NCBI GenBank assembly: GCA_045543595.1
Contig: JAZQMU010000178.1
Span: 1 to 45,286, forward strand
Reading direction: 5' to 3'
Source: Faecalimonas sp.
GTDB lineage: Bacteria; Bacillota; Clostridia; Lachnospirales; Lachnospiraceae
DNA: 45,286 nt
The position numbers and the translations under genes are program-made. The notes beneath the pieces are model-generated. The model was not told where the DNA came from and did not search any database. It saw only the letters and a list, made by a program, of their open reading frames with translations. Positions 18,486 through 27,271 of the stretch are shown in pieces; position 1 is the stretch's first letter, and each line of letters starts with the position of its first letter.

Positions 18486-19337
18486 ATGAAAAATAGAAGA
18501 TTTGAAATCATGAAAAGAAAATTCCTCTCAGATAAAGGAATGTGGTTGGCAGTCGCTTTTTTGATGCTGGTTATTATTGCTAGTATCGCGGTAGATTATA
18601 CTGGTCTTGATCCAGAAGCGATCAATGTTCAAAACATGTTGGGAGAACCAACATCTGAGAACTGGTTTGGAACAGATGAACTAGGACGTGATTACTTTAC
18701 GAGAGTCCTTTATGGTGCTCGTGTCTCTCTTATTGTTGGCGTACTCGCCATGGTAACATCGGTAGTGATCGGTGTAGTAGTGGGGATGATTTCGGGATAT
18801 TTTGGAGGTATTGTAGACAGTATCTGTATGCGTATTGTAGATATTTTTTGTGCAATACCATGGATCATTATGGTAACGGTAATCAGTATGCTGTTTAAGC
18901 GAGGGATCGTGTCTATTATTATAGTGATCGGATGTTTCAGCTGGATGGAAATTGCGAGACTCGTTCGAGCAGAAACGATGAGCGCGAAAAACAGAGACTA
19001 TGTACAGTATGCAGAACTAATCGGTGTATCAAAGTTTAAAATTATTGTACATCATGTACTTCCAACGATCCTTCCAGTTATTATCACAGCAGCAACAGGC
19101 GCAATTGCAAGTGCAATTATGGTAGAAAGTTCTATGAGTTTCTTGGGAATTGGTATTCAGGCACCACAGTGCAGCTGGGGAAGTTTATTGCAGACGGCTC
19201 AAAGAAATCTTCTGAAAGCGCCTCATATGGCATTTATTCCAGGGATTTTGATCATTCTTACAATTTGTTCTTTTAACAAATTGGGTGAACTTTTAAGAAT
19301 TTATACAGAACCACGTATCACACAGGAGGAAAAATAG
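18486..19337 (+). CDS. oppC: peptide ABC transporter permease
   Basis: FGTDELGRD..RVLYGARVSL, SFLGIG, WGSLL. Confidence 0.9.
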   Translation: MKNRRFEIMKRKFLSDKGMWLAVAFLMLVIIASIAVDYTGLDPEAINVQNMLGEPTSENWFGTDELGRDYFTRVLYGARVSLIVGVLAMVTSVVIGVVVGMISGYFGGIVDSICMRIVDIFCAIPWIIMVTVISMLFKRGIVSIIIVIGCFSWMEIARLVRAETMSAKNRDYVQYAELIGVSKFKIIVHHVLPTILPVIITAATGAIASAIMVESSMSFLGIGIQAPQCSWGSLLQTAQRNLLKAPHMAFIPGILIILTICSFNKLGELLRIYTEPRITQEEK

Positions 19338-19338
19338 C

Positions 19339-20325
19339 ATGGAAAAACATATACTTGATGTAAAAGAAATGCGTACCTCCTTTCGAACAAGCAAAGGTCT
19401 TGTGGAAGCAATTCGTGGAATTGATTTTCACGTAAATGAAGGAGAAATACTTGGGATTGTAGGGGAATCCGGAAGTGGCAAAAGTGTCACAATGAAAAGT
19501 GTCATGGGCCTTCTTCCATCTTATGCAGAAATCGAATCCGAAGGGATTATTTATAAAGATGTAGACCTTTCGAAGTTATCTGAGAAAGAGTTACAGAAAT
19601 ATCGTGGAAAAGAGATGGCAATGATTTTCCAGGATCCAATGACAGCGTTGAATCCACTTCGAAAAGTAGGATATCACTTAACTCAGGTTATTCGAAGATA
19701 TAAAAAATGCTCTAAGGCAGAGGCAGAAAAAATCGCTATCGAGATGCTTACGCAAGTTGGTATTCCTACACCAGAGGTACGTATGAACCAGTATCCTCAT
19801 GAATTCAGTGGTGGGATGAGACAACGTGCATTGATTGCGATGGCACTTAGCTGTGAACCATCACTTCTCATCGCCGATGAACCAACAACGGCTCTTGATG
19901 TTACAATACAGGCACAGATTCTGGAACTTTTGAAGAAGCTTCATGATGAAAGAAACATGTCTATCGTCATCATTAGCCATGATATGGGTGTAATGGCAAC
20001 TATGTGTGACCGTATTGCAGTTATGTATGGCGGAATCATCGTGGAAGAAGGAACGGTAGATGAGATTTTCTTTACTCCGAAGCATCCATACACAAGGGCC
20101 CTTCTCAAATCAATTCCACATACGGAACATGAAAGAGGAGAAAAATTGATTGGTATCGACGGTGCGCCACCATCTCTTTACCAGCTGCCAAAAGGATGTC
20201 CATTTGCGGAAAGATGTGAATATGCGACAGAAAAATGCAATGAAATCATGCCGGAATTTAAAAATTATTCTGAAACGCATAAAGCAAAATGTTTGCTTGA
20301 TATGACAGAAGGGAAGGTGGATTAA
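19339..20325 (+). CDS. oppD: peptide ABC transporter ATP-binding protein
   Basis: GESGSGKS, FSGGMRQR, DEPTTALD, C-terminal GCPF..RC. Confidence 0.92.
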   Translation: MEKHILDVKEMRTSFRTSKGLVEAIRGIDFHVNEGEILGIVGESGSGKSVTMKSVMGLLPSYAEIESEGIIYKDVDLSKLSEKELQKYRGKEMAMIFQDPMTALNPLRKVGYHLTQVIRRYKKCSKAEAEKIAIEMLTQVGIPTPEVRMNQYPHEFSGGMRQRALIAMALSCEPSLLIADEPTTALDVTIQAQILELLKKLHDERNMSIVIISHDMGVMATMCDRIAVMYGGIIVEEGTVDEIFFTPKHPYTRALLKSIPHTEHERGEKLIGIDGAPPSLYQLPKGCPFAERCEYATEKCNEIMPEFKNYSETHKAKCLLDMTEGKVD

Positions 20326-20326
20326 T

Positions 20327-21295
20327 ATGGAACGAGAAGTTTTATTAGAAATTAAAAATCTCCGTAAATATTTTCCAATGAAGAACTTTTTCGGTCAGTC
20401 AAGAGGAGAATTAAAGGCAGTTGATGACGTGTCCTTTAAAATTTACAAAGGTGAAACCTTTGGTTTGGTAGGAGAATCAGGATGTGGGAAATCGACACTG
20501 GGACGCTGCGTTCTTCAGATGCTTGAAGCGACAGATGGACAGGTCCTTTATGAAGGGAACGACCTTGTGCATATGTCGGAAAATGAGTGGAAAAAATATC
20601 GTAAGAAATTACAGATCATTTTCCAGGACCCATATTCAGCATTGAATCCAAACTGGAATGTAAAACAGCTTATTTCTGAACCATTAAAGACAAATGGTTA
20701 TACACAGAAGGAAATTGATGAGAGAATCCGTGAACTTCTTAAGCTTATGAATATGAATGAGGAAGTTATGGAAAAGTTCCCTTATGAATTCAGTGGCGGG
20801 CAAAGACAAAGAATCGGCGTAGCCAGAGCAGTAGCAGCTTATCCAGAATTTATTTTCTGTGATGAACCAATTTCAGCATTAGACGTTTCTATTCAAGCAC
20901 AGGTAGTAAATATGTTAAAAGATCTCCAGAAAGAACTTGGACTGACCTATTTATTTACAGCCCATGATTTGTCGATGGTTTATCACATTAGTGATAGAAT
21001 CGGGGTTATGTATCTTGGTTCTATGGTTGAAATTGGAACGAGTGAAGAGGTATTCAAAGCACCGCTTCATCCATATACAAAGGCGCTGATCTCAGCGGTA
21101 CCTATTGCAGACCCTGAGGTAGGAAGAAAAACAAAGAGAATTTCTATCGAAGGAGAACTTCCAAGTCCGATGAATGTACCAAAGGGATGCCGTTTCTGTA
21201 CAAGATGTCCACATGCAACGGATAAATGTAGGGAAGAAAAGCCAGAACTTCAAGAAGTGAAAGAAGGACATAAAGTGGCTTGTCATTATGTATAA
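20327..21295 (+). CDS. oppF: peptide ABC transporter ATP-binding protein
   Basis: GESGCGKS, FSGGQRQR, DEPISALD, GCRF..RC, VACH. Confidence 0.92.
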   Translation: MEREVLLEIKNLRKYFPMKNFFGQSRGELKAVDDVSFKIYKGETFGLVGESGCGKSTLGRCVLQMLEATDGQVLYEGNDLVHMSENEWKKYRKKLQIIFQDPYSALNPNWNVKQLISEPLKTNGYTQKEIDERIRELLKLMNMNEEVMEKFPYEFSGGQRQRIGVARAVAAYPEFIFCDEPISALDVSIQAQVVNMLKDLQKELGLTYLFTAHDLSMVYHISDRIGVMYLGSMVEIGTSEEVFKAPLHPYTKALISAVPIADPEVGRKTKRISIEGELPSPMNVPKGCRFCTRCPHATDKCREEKPELQEVKEGHKVACHYV

Positions 21296-21318
21296 TTGAA
21301 TGAACCTCCGCATAGATT
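21290..21318 (+). promoter_or_regulatory. putative sigma-E promoter for spoIIID
   Basis: GTATAAT - 14 bp - CATAGATT resembles the sigma-E consensus (ATA - 14 - CATACA.T). Confidence 0.55.
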
Positions 21319-21343
21319 GTAAAAAACCTATGCGGAGATTTTT
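21306..21343 (+). terminator. terminator hairpin for the opp operon containing the spoIIID RBS
   Basis: CTCCGCATAG-12 nt-CTATGCGGAG-ATTTTT. Confidence 0.7.
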
Positions 21344-21345
21344 AT

Positions 21346-21594
21346 TTGAAAGATTATATCGAAGAACGAGCAATCGAGATTGCCAATTATATTATTGAAA
21401 ACAATGCGACGGTGAGACAGACAGCGAAAGCCTTTGGAATTAGTAAGTCGACAGTACATAAAGATGTCACGGATCGTCTAGCCCAGATAAACCCTGTATT
21501 TGCCAGTGAAGCAAGAAAGGTACTTGATACAAACAAGTCTGAGCGTCACATCCGAGGTGGAATGGCCACGAAGAAAAAATATATGCATTATTGA
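21346..21594 (+). CDS. spoIIID: sporulation transcriptional regulator SpoIIID
   Basis: YIEERA...ATVRQTAKAFGISKSTVHKD.T.RL...RHIRGG.AT. Confidence 0.96.
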   Translation: MKDYIEERAIEIANYIIENNATVRQTAKAFGISKSTVHKDVTDRLAQINPVFASEARKVLDTNKSERHIRGGMATKKKYMHY

Positions 21595-21682
21595 AAAACT
21601 TTATTTGATTAAAGTTTCAAAGTGTGATAACATTTTGCTATGTATTTTTTATAGGATTTACCAATCAAAGGAGAAAAGTAGT

Positions 21683-22798
21683 ATGAAAGTTGGATGTGTA
21701 AAAGAAATTAAAAACAATGAATTCCGTGTAGGACTTACACCAAGCTGTGTAGTAAGTTATGTAAACGCGGGACATGAAGTATATATTGAGAAAGGTGCCG
21801 GAATTGGTTCTGGTTTTACAGACGCGGAGTATGAAGATGCAGGCGCTAAGTTAGTAGACGAAGCAAAAGACGTTTGGGCAACTGTAGATATGATGGTAAA
21901 AGTAAAAGAACCATTGCCAGAAGAATATCCATTATTCAAAGAAGGCTTGATTCTTTATACATACCTTCACCTTGCAGCAGATAAACAACAGACAGATGCG
22001 CTTCTTGCTGGAAAAGTAAAAGCAGTAGCATACGAAACATTAGTAGAAAAGAACGGAACACTTCCACTTCTTGCACCAATGAGTCAGATCGCTGGACGTC
22101 TCAGTATTCAGGAAGGTGCTAAATATTTGGAAAAAATCCACGGCGGTTCGGGTGTGCTTCTTGCAGGGGTTCCAGGAACACCAAAAGCTAAGATAGTAAT
22201 CCTTGGCGGCGGTAACGTAGGTATGAACGCATGTAAGATTGCGGTAGGTATCGGTGCAGAAGTTTCTATTTTAGATATCAATCTTCAAAGATTAGAATAC
22301 TTAGATGATATTTTCGGTTCGCGTATTCAAACATTAGTTTCAAATGATGCAAACATCGAAAGAGAAGTTAAGACAGCAGACGTTGTTATCGGTTCTGTAT
22401 TGATCCCAGGAAAAGCAGCACCTAAGTTATTTAAGAAAAAATATTTGAAAGAAATGAAACCAGGTTCTGTATTCGTTGACGTTGCAGTTGACCAAGGTGG
22501 TTGTGGAGAATCTACAAGAGTAACATACCACGATGATCCAATCTTTATTGAAGACGGCGTTGTACATTACTGTGTAGGTAACATGCCAGGTGCAGTTCCA
22601 AGAACATCTACAATTGCGCTTACAAATGCAACACTTCGCTATGGTCTTCAGATTGCAAACAAAGGCTTAGAAGAAGCATGTAAAGAAAACGATGTTATTT
22701 ACTCTGGTATCAATACATATGACGGCAAACTCACATGTAAGAACGTAGCAGACAGTTTTGAAGGTTACGAATACACAGATATTAAAACATTGTGGTAA
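21683..22798 (+). CDS. ald: alanine dehydrogenase
   Basis: KEIKNNEFRVGLTP, KVKEP, YLHLAA, LLAPMS, DVAVDQGG, NMPGAVP; start at ATG 21683 after AAGGAG. Confidence 0.96.
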   Translation: MKVGCVKEIKNNEFRVGLTPSCVVSYVNAGHEVYIEKGAGIGSGFTDAEYEDAGAKLVDEAKDVWATVDMMVKVKEPLPEEYPLFKEGLILYTYLHLAADKQQTDALLAGKVKAVAYETLVEKNGTLPLLAPMSQIAGRLSIQEGAKYLEKIHGGSGVLLAGVPGTPKAKIVILGGGNVGMNACKIAVGIGAEVSILDINLQRLEYLDDIFGSRIQTLVSNDANIEREVKTADVVIGSVLIPGKAAPKLFKKKYLKEMKPGSVFVDVAVDQGGCGESTRVTYHDDPIFIEDGVVHYCVGNMPGAVPRTSTIALTNATLRYGLQIANKGLEEACKENDVIYSGINTYDGKLTCKNVADSFEGYEYTDIKTLW

Positions 22799-22807
22799 GA
22801 AATAATT

Positions 22808-22844
22808 AAGGGCAAGAAGCCATTGATCATGGTTTCTTGCCCTT
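22808..22844. terminator. intrinsic terminator between convergent genes
   Basis: AAGGGCAAGAAGCCA-ttgatca-TGGTTTCTTGCCCTT. Confidence 0.82.
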
Positions 22845-22847
22845 GCT

Positions 22848-24248
22848 TTATCTATTTTGCAATTGTTTTAATTCTTGATGGAAAGCCTCTAATTTTTGGC
22901 GGCCAATATCGGTAACAGGCTTCACCCATTTTCCAGAACGTGTATATCGAAGTTCGAAAATAAGACGTAAGATCTCATCTGTATATACTACCGCAAACAC
23001 TGCCAAGAATGGTAATTTCAGCACCATACCGGCGATCCATGTAGCAGGAACACTGATCGTAAAAAGACAAGTGATTTCCAAAACCGTACCATATACAGAT
23101 TCTCCGCCAGCTCGATAGCAGCTGTTCATAATGTAGTTACATGTACGAATTGCTCCGAAGAACAGATAGATCAACAACATGTATTTTCCATAATGAAGCG
23201 CCTGTGGTCCAAGACTAAAGAGACTTAGGATCGGCTGATTGAAACTGAAGCAGATCAGGACGATCGTAAATGTGATTGCAGGACATAGGATCGCAAATCC
23301 TTTTACATATTTGTAGCCCTTCATGTGGTGACCAGCACCCACTTCTTTTCCAACCAAAACGGCACTGGCATCTGCAAGTCCGCCAAAGAATGCAAATACA
23401 AATCCTTCCAATACACGGAACGCTGCCATGGCAGCGATTGCGGCCTCATCTTGATGACCGATTACGATGTTGATCAACATTTGTCCAACTCCGTAAAAAA
23501 GTTCGTTCAAGATAATTGGAAATGATTTTTTGAAATAAGTGCCAAAGAAAGAATTTCCCCAGCCAAACATTTCTTTAAAACGTAATTTTACTGCTTCTTG
23601 ATCTTTTAAGATATAAATCAGAAGCAAGAAAAAATTGATCAGAGAAGAACAAAGAGTTCCGACTGCAGCACCGGCAACGCCCATTTTAGGGAGTCCAAAA
23701 CGTCCATAGATCAAAAGCCAGTTCAATGTGATATTTACAAGGATACCAGCAATGGAACAGAGAAGCGGCGCTTTCACACGTTCTGTGGAACGAAGAAAAA
23801 AGTTCAGGATCATAACGAGAACTGTGAATGGGGCAGCAAATCCGATAATTCGGAGATAAGGCATTCCCATAAGAATGAGTGCTTCTTTGTCAGTATAGAT
23901 TCTTAAGATAAAAGCCGGATTGGTGATTGCTACAATTCCAAAGATAAATGCTACGACTAGCATAAAAAATGAAGAAAGCCCTAAAGTACGATTAATTCCA
24001 TTTTCGTCTTTGGAACCCCAATATTGGGCGAAAAATAGCAAGGCGCCGCCGGCGAACCCAAAGTACATGGAGAAAAATAAGGAATTAATCTGAGAACAAA
24101 TCCCAACAGCAGCAACGGCCAATTCGCCCTGACTTCCAATCATAATGGTGTCGATCATACTTGCTGTTGTGGACATTAGATTTTGTAATGCTATAGGAAA
24201 TGCAATCATAAAGACTGCACGCATAAACGATTTTATGTCAAGTTTCAT
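22848..24248 (-). CDS. MATE family efflux transporter
   Basis: PIALQNL...IDTIMIG, AQYWG, P.MGVAGAA.GT, about 12 TMs; start at 24248 (GGAGG) or 24284. Confidence 0.9.
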   Translation of the reverse strand: MKLDIKSFMRAVFMIAFPIALQNLMSTTASMIDTIMIGSQGELAVAAVGICSQINSLFFSMYFGFAGGALLFFAQYWGSKDENGINRTLGLSSFFMLVVAFIFGIVAITNPAFILRIYTDKEALILMGMPYLRIIGFAAPFTVLVMILNFFLRSTERVKAPLLCSIAGILVNITLNWLLIYGRFGLPKMGVAGAAVGTLCSSLINFFLLLIYILKDQEAVKLRFKEMFGWGNSFFGTYFKKSFPIILNELFYGVGQMLINIVIGHQDEAAIAAMAAFRVLEGFVFAFFGGLADASAVLVGKEVGAGHHMKGYKYVKGFAILCPAITFTIVLICFSFNQPILSLFSLGPQALHYGKYMLLIYLFFGAIRTCNYIMNSCYRAGGESVYGTVLEITCLFTISVPATWIAGMVLKLPFLAVFAVVYTDEILRLIFELRYTRSGKWVKPVTDIGRQKLEAFHQELKQLQNR

Positions 24249-24332
24249 GTTTGCCTCCGAAGATTCTAGTAATTTCCAACCCATTTTACCACCTTCTTAT
24301 TTCTATGCCAAGAGAATAATTTTTTGTGATAT

Positions 24333-24363
24333 AATGCAATAAAATAGCACGTTTGCACATTAT
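24333..24363 (+). promoter_or_regulatory. putative ECF sigma promoter, copy 1
   Basis: AATGCAATAAAA-N12-ACATTAT; same motif and spacing at 25996. Confidence 0.7.
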
Positions 24364-24387
24364 ACCTATAACAGGAGGGAGTTAGTC

Positions 24388-24969
24388 ATGCTTTTATTAT
24401 TAACACAATCGACGGAAACTGCATATGATTCAAACTCTCATCTTGATGAGTATATAAAAAGATTGGCGCAGGGAGACAAAGGGGCGTTGGAGAAGATCTA
24501 TCACGAGACAAGGACTGCGGTTTATGCATTTTCCTTGTCTATCACGAAGAACCCTGCTGATTCGGAGGATGTGCTACAGGAAACGTACCTTAAAATCTGG
24601 GTAAATGCAGGAAGTTATAAGCCAAAAGGAACTCCGATGGCGTGGATTCTTACGATCGTGAAGAATCTTTCGCTCATGAAATTGCGCGAGAAGAAGAAAC
24701 ATCAAGATTTGGAGCCAGAAGAATGGGACCTTGCCGTTCATTTGCCAGATACCATGGGAACCATCGATGATAGACATCTTTTGGAAGCTGCGCTGAATCT
24801 TTTGTCGGAAGAAGAACGAAAAATTATTTTGTTGCATGCAGTTTCAGGATTGAAACATCGAGAGATTGCAGATTTGCTGGATATGGCTCTTGCAACAGTG
24901 CTTTCAAAGTATCACAGAGGTCTGAAGAAATTACGAAAATATATAGAAGGAGTGGAAGCCAATGACTGA
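24388..24969 (+). CDS. ECF RNA polymerase sigma factor
   Basis: region 2 DSEDVLQETYLKIW...AWILTI.KN, region 4 GLKHREIADLL...TVLSKYHR. Confidence 0.92.
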   Translation: MLLLLTQSTETAYDSNSHLDEYIKRLAQGDKGALEKIYHETRTAVYAFSLSITKNPADSEDVLQETYLKIWVNAGSYKPKGTPMAWILTIVKNLSLMKLREKKKHQDLEPEEWDLAVHLPDTMGTIDDRHLLEAALNLLSEEERKIILLHAVSGLKHREIADLLDMALATVLSKYHRGLKKLRKYIEGVEAND

Positions 24970-25942
24970 TCGAGAATTAGAAATGCGCTTGAAAAATGCA
25001 GTAGAAGCATGTACGCCAGACGTTTTGGATAAAGTCATGGCTGAGTGCGACACTTATAGCGACAAAGTGATTCCATTTGCAAAAAAGAAGAATATGTTTT
25101 ATCGATATGCAGCGGTAGCTGCTGCGTGCCTTGTTTTGGTAGGTGCTGGAATGTTTGGATTCTTCGGGCTGAACCTGGGACGGGTAGCGAGTATTGTTTC
25201 CCTTGAAATCAATCCGAGCATCGAACTTCGTATTGATAAAAGAGAACGAGTTCTCGAAGCAAATGCCATGAACAAGGATGCAGTGGCAATTTTAGAAGGT
25301 ATGAAATTGGAAGGAACCGATATTCACACGGCAACCAACGCGATCGTGGGTTCACTTCTAAAACATGGATACATCGATGAACTTGCAAATTCGATTCTTC
25401 TCTCCGTAGAAGACAAAGATTCTGTGAGAGGTACTGAACTTCAGAAGACCTTATCCCAGGAAATCAATGCAATTTTAGATGGGGCAGCAGTCAATGCCGC
25501 AATCCTCTCGCAATATGTGGATGGAGCAGCTGTGGAAAAACAAGCGGAAGAACACCATATTTCACATGGAAAAGCAGCTTTGATCGAACGTATTTTAGAG
25601 GCAAATAACACATACGTATTCGATGAGCTTGCAGCGCTTTCTGTAAATGAACTGAACTTATTGATTGAAAATCCGCACAATGAAGTGAAGGATGTGGAAT
25701 CTACGGGAGAGGTTTCATCAAGTGCATATATCGGAGTGGAGGAAGCCAATAAAATTGCATTCTCTCATGCGGGAATTGAAGAGAACTCTGTTTATGATCT
25801 GGAAACAGAGATTGATTATGAACATCATGCTATGATCTACGAAGTGGAATTCACAAGCAATGGAAGGGAATACGAATACGACATCGACGCAACGACGGGA
25901 AATATCCTGAGCAATGAACACGAGCATCATCATGATGACTAA
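24962..25942 (+). CDS. anti-sigma factor with RsgI-like juxtamembrane domain and one PepSY domain
   Basis: short cytoplasmic N-terminus, TM helix, VSLEINPSIEL, C-terminal PepSY (YEVEF...YEYDIDATTG), His-rich tail. Confidence 0.8.
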   Translation: MTDRELEMRLKNAVEACTPDVLDKVMAECDTYSDKVIPFAKKKNMFYRYAAVAAACLVLVGAGMFGFFGLNLGRVASIVSLEINPSIELRIDKRERVLEANAMNKDAVAILEGMKLEGTDIHTATNAIVGSLLKHGYIDELANSILLSVEDKDSVRGTELQKTLSQEINAILDGAAVNAAILSQYVDGAAVEKQAEEHHISHGKAALIERILEANNTYVFDELAALSVNELNLLIENPHNEVKDVESTGEVSSSAYIGVEEANKIAFSHAGIEENSVYDLETEIDYEHHAMIYEVEFTSNGREYEYDIDATTGNILSNEHEHHHDD

Positions 25943-25946
25943 TTTT

Positions 25947-25975
25947 AAGAAGCCTGATATCAGGCTTCTTTTTTT
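25947..25975 (+). terminator. intrinsic terminator
   Basis: AAGAAGCCTG-atat-CAGGCTTCTT-TTTTT. Confidence 0.9.
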
Positions 25976-25995
25976 GCGAAAAAATTTTTGAAAAC

Positions 25996-26026
25996 AATGC
26001 AATAAAACGCAATGCTGCAACATTAT
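25996..26026 (+). promoter_or_regulatory. putative ECF sigma promoter, copy 2
   Basis: AATGCAATAAAA-N12-ACATTAT. Confidence 0.7.
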
Positions 26027-26071
26027 CATTACAAGAAAAGCAAATAATAAAAAAGAAAGGTGGACATATAT

Positions 26072-27184
26072 ATGAGAAAAACAACAAAAAGAATTATTTC
26101 AACAGTAGCAGCATTGGCAGTAGTAATTGGTGGATTTGGAGCATACAGAATCTTTGCAAAAGAGGATGTTGCAAGTGTAGTCCTACTGGACATTAATCCA
26201 AGCATCGAACTCCAGGTGGATGACGACGCGGAAGTGATAAGGGCAGTTCCTTTAAATGAAGATGCGAAAGTGGTTTTGAGAGATATGCATTTGGAAGATA
26301 CAAATGTTACAACAGCAGTAAATGCAATCGTTGGTTCCCTTTTCAAACATGGTTATATTGACGAACTTGCAAACTCTATTCTCCTCTCAGTAGAGGATGG
26401 CAACACAGCCAGAGGCGCGAAATTGAAAGAAGAACTTACCAAAGAAATCAATGACATTTTGAGTGCAACAAAGATCAACGCTTCTTTACTCGTTCAATCT
26501 GTTGAAAATGCAAATGCAGGACAATTGGCAGATGAGCTTAACATTTCAAAGGGAAAAGCTTCTTTGATCCAAAATATCGTGGAAGTGAACAATGCATATG
26601 AAGAAAAAGATCTTGCAAAACTTTCTGTAAACGAATTAAACCTTGTGTTATCAAATCCAAAGAACGATGCAGTTGATGTTGCAACAACAGGAAAGGCAAA
26701 TGAAAAAGCTTACATCGGTGCAGAAAAGGCAAAAGAGGTTGCATTTGCAGATGCACAGGTTAATGCAAATGATGTGCGAAAAGCAGAAGTAGAATTCGAT
26801 TACGATTACGGGAAACTGGTCTATGAAGTAGATTTTGCAAGCGGTGAATATGAATATGATTACAGTATTGAGGCTGTGAATGGAAATATCGTACACTCAC
26901 ATAGAGAATTCGATGACGATTATGTAAAACCAGCAGATAAAGAAGTTCATAAACACGAATCAGAACATCACACAGATATCGGCAAGGAACACGCGAAGAA
27001 GATCGCACTGGGTCATGCAGGACTTTCAGAAAGTGAGGTTACAAGACTTCATGTGGAATGCGATGACGATGACGGTAGATTAAAATATGAAGTAGAATTC
27101 GTGTGTGGAAACAAGGAATACAATTACGAAATTAATGGAACAAGCGGTTACATTCACGACTGCGAAGTTGAAATTGATGACTAG
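26072..27184 (+). CDS. RsgI-like/PepSY paralog lacking the cytoplasmic anti-sigma domain (two PepSY domains)
   Basis: N-terminal signal/anchor, LDINPSIEL, shares NAIVGSL.KHGYIDELANSILLSVED with the upstream gene. Confidence 0.8.
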   Translation: MRKTTKRIISTVAALAVVIGGFGAYRIFAKEDVASVVLLDINPSIELQVDDDAEVIRAVPLNEDAKVVLRDMHLEDTNVTTAVNAIVGSLFKHGYIDELANSILLSVEDGNTARGAKLKEELTKEINDILSATKINASLLVQSVENANAGQLADELNISKGKASLIQNIVEVNNAYEEKDLAKLSVNELNLVLSNPKNDAVDVATTGKANEKAYIGAEKAKEVAFADAQVNANDVRKAEVEFDYDYGKLVYEVDFASGEYEYDYSIEAVNGNIVHSHREFDDDYVKPADKEVHKHESEHHTDIGKEHAKKIALGHAGLSESEVTRLHVECDDDDGRLKYEVEFVCGNKEYNYEINGTSGYIHDCEVEIDD

Positions 27185-27210
27185 GGGATGCGAAAGCATT
27201 CCCTTTTTTT
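27184..27210 (+). terminator. intrinsic terminator
   Basis: GGGGATGC-gaaa-GCATTCCC-TTTTTTT. Confidence 0.85.
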
Positions 27211-27271
27211 ATGGAAGCGTGTATAATAAGCCTATCATGTGACGAAATTTATTTGGAAATGAGGTTCTATT

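Noticed and set aside
21500-21682. N-terminal extension of alanine dehydrogenase
   Set aside because: It overlaps spoIIID; the RBS and family start are at 21683
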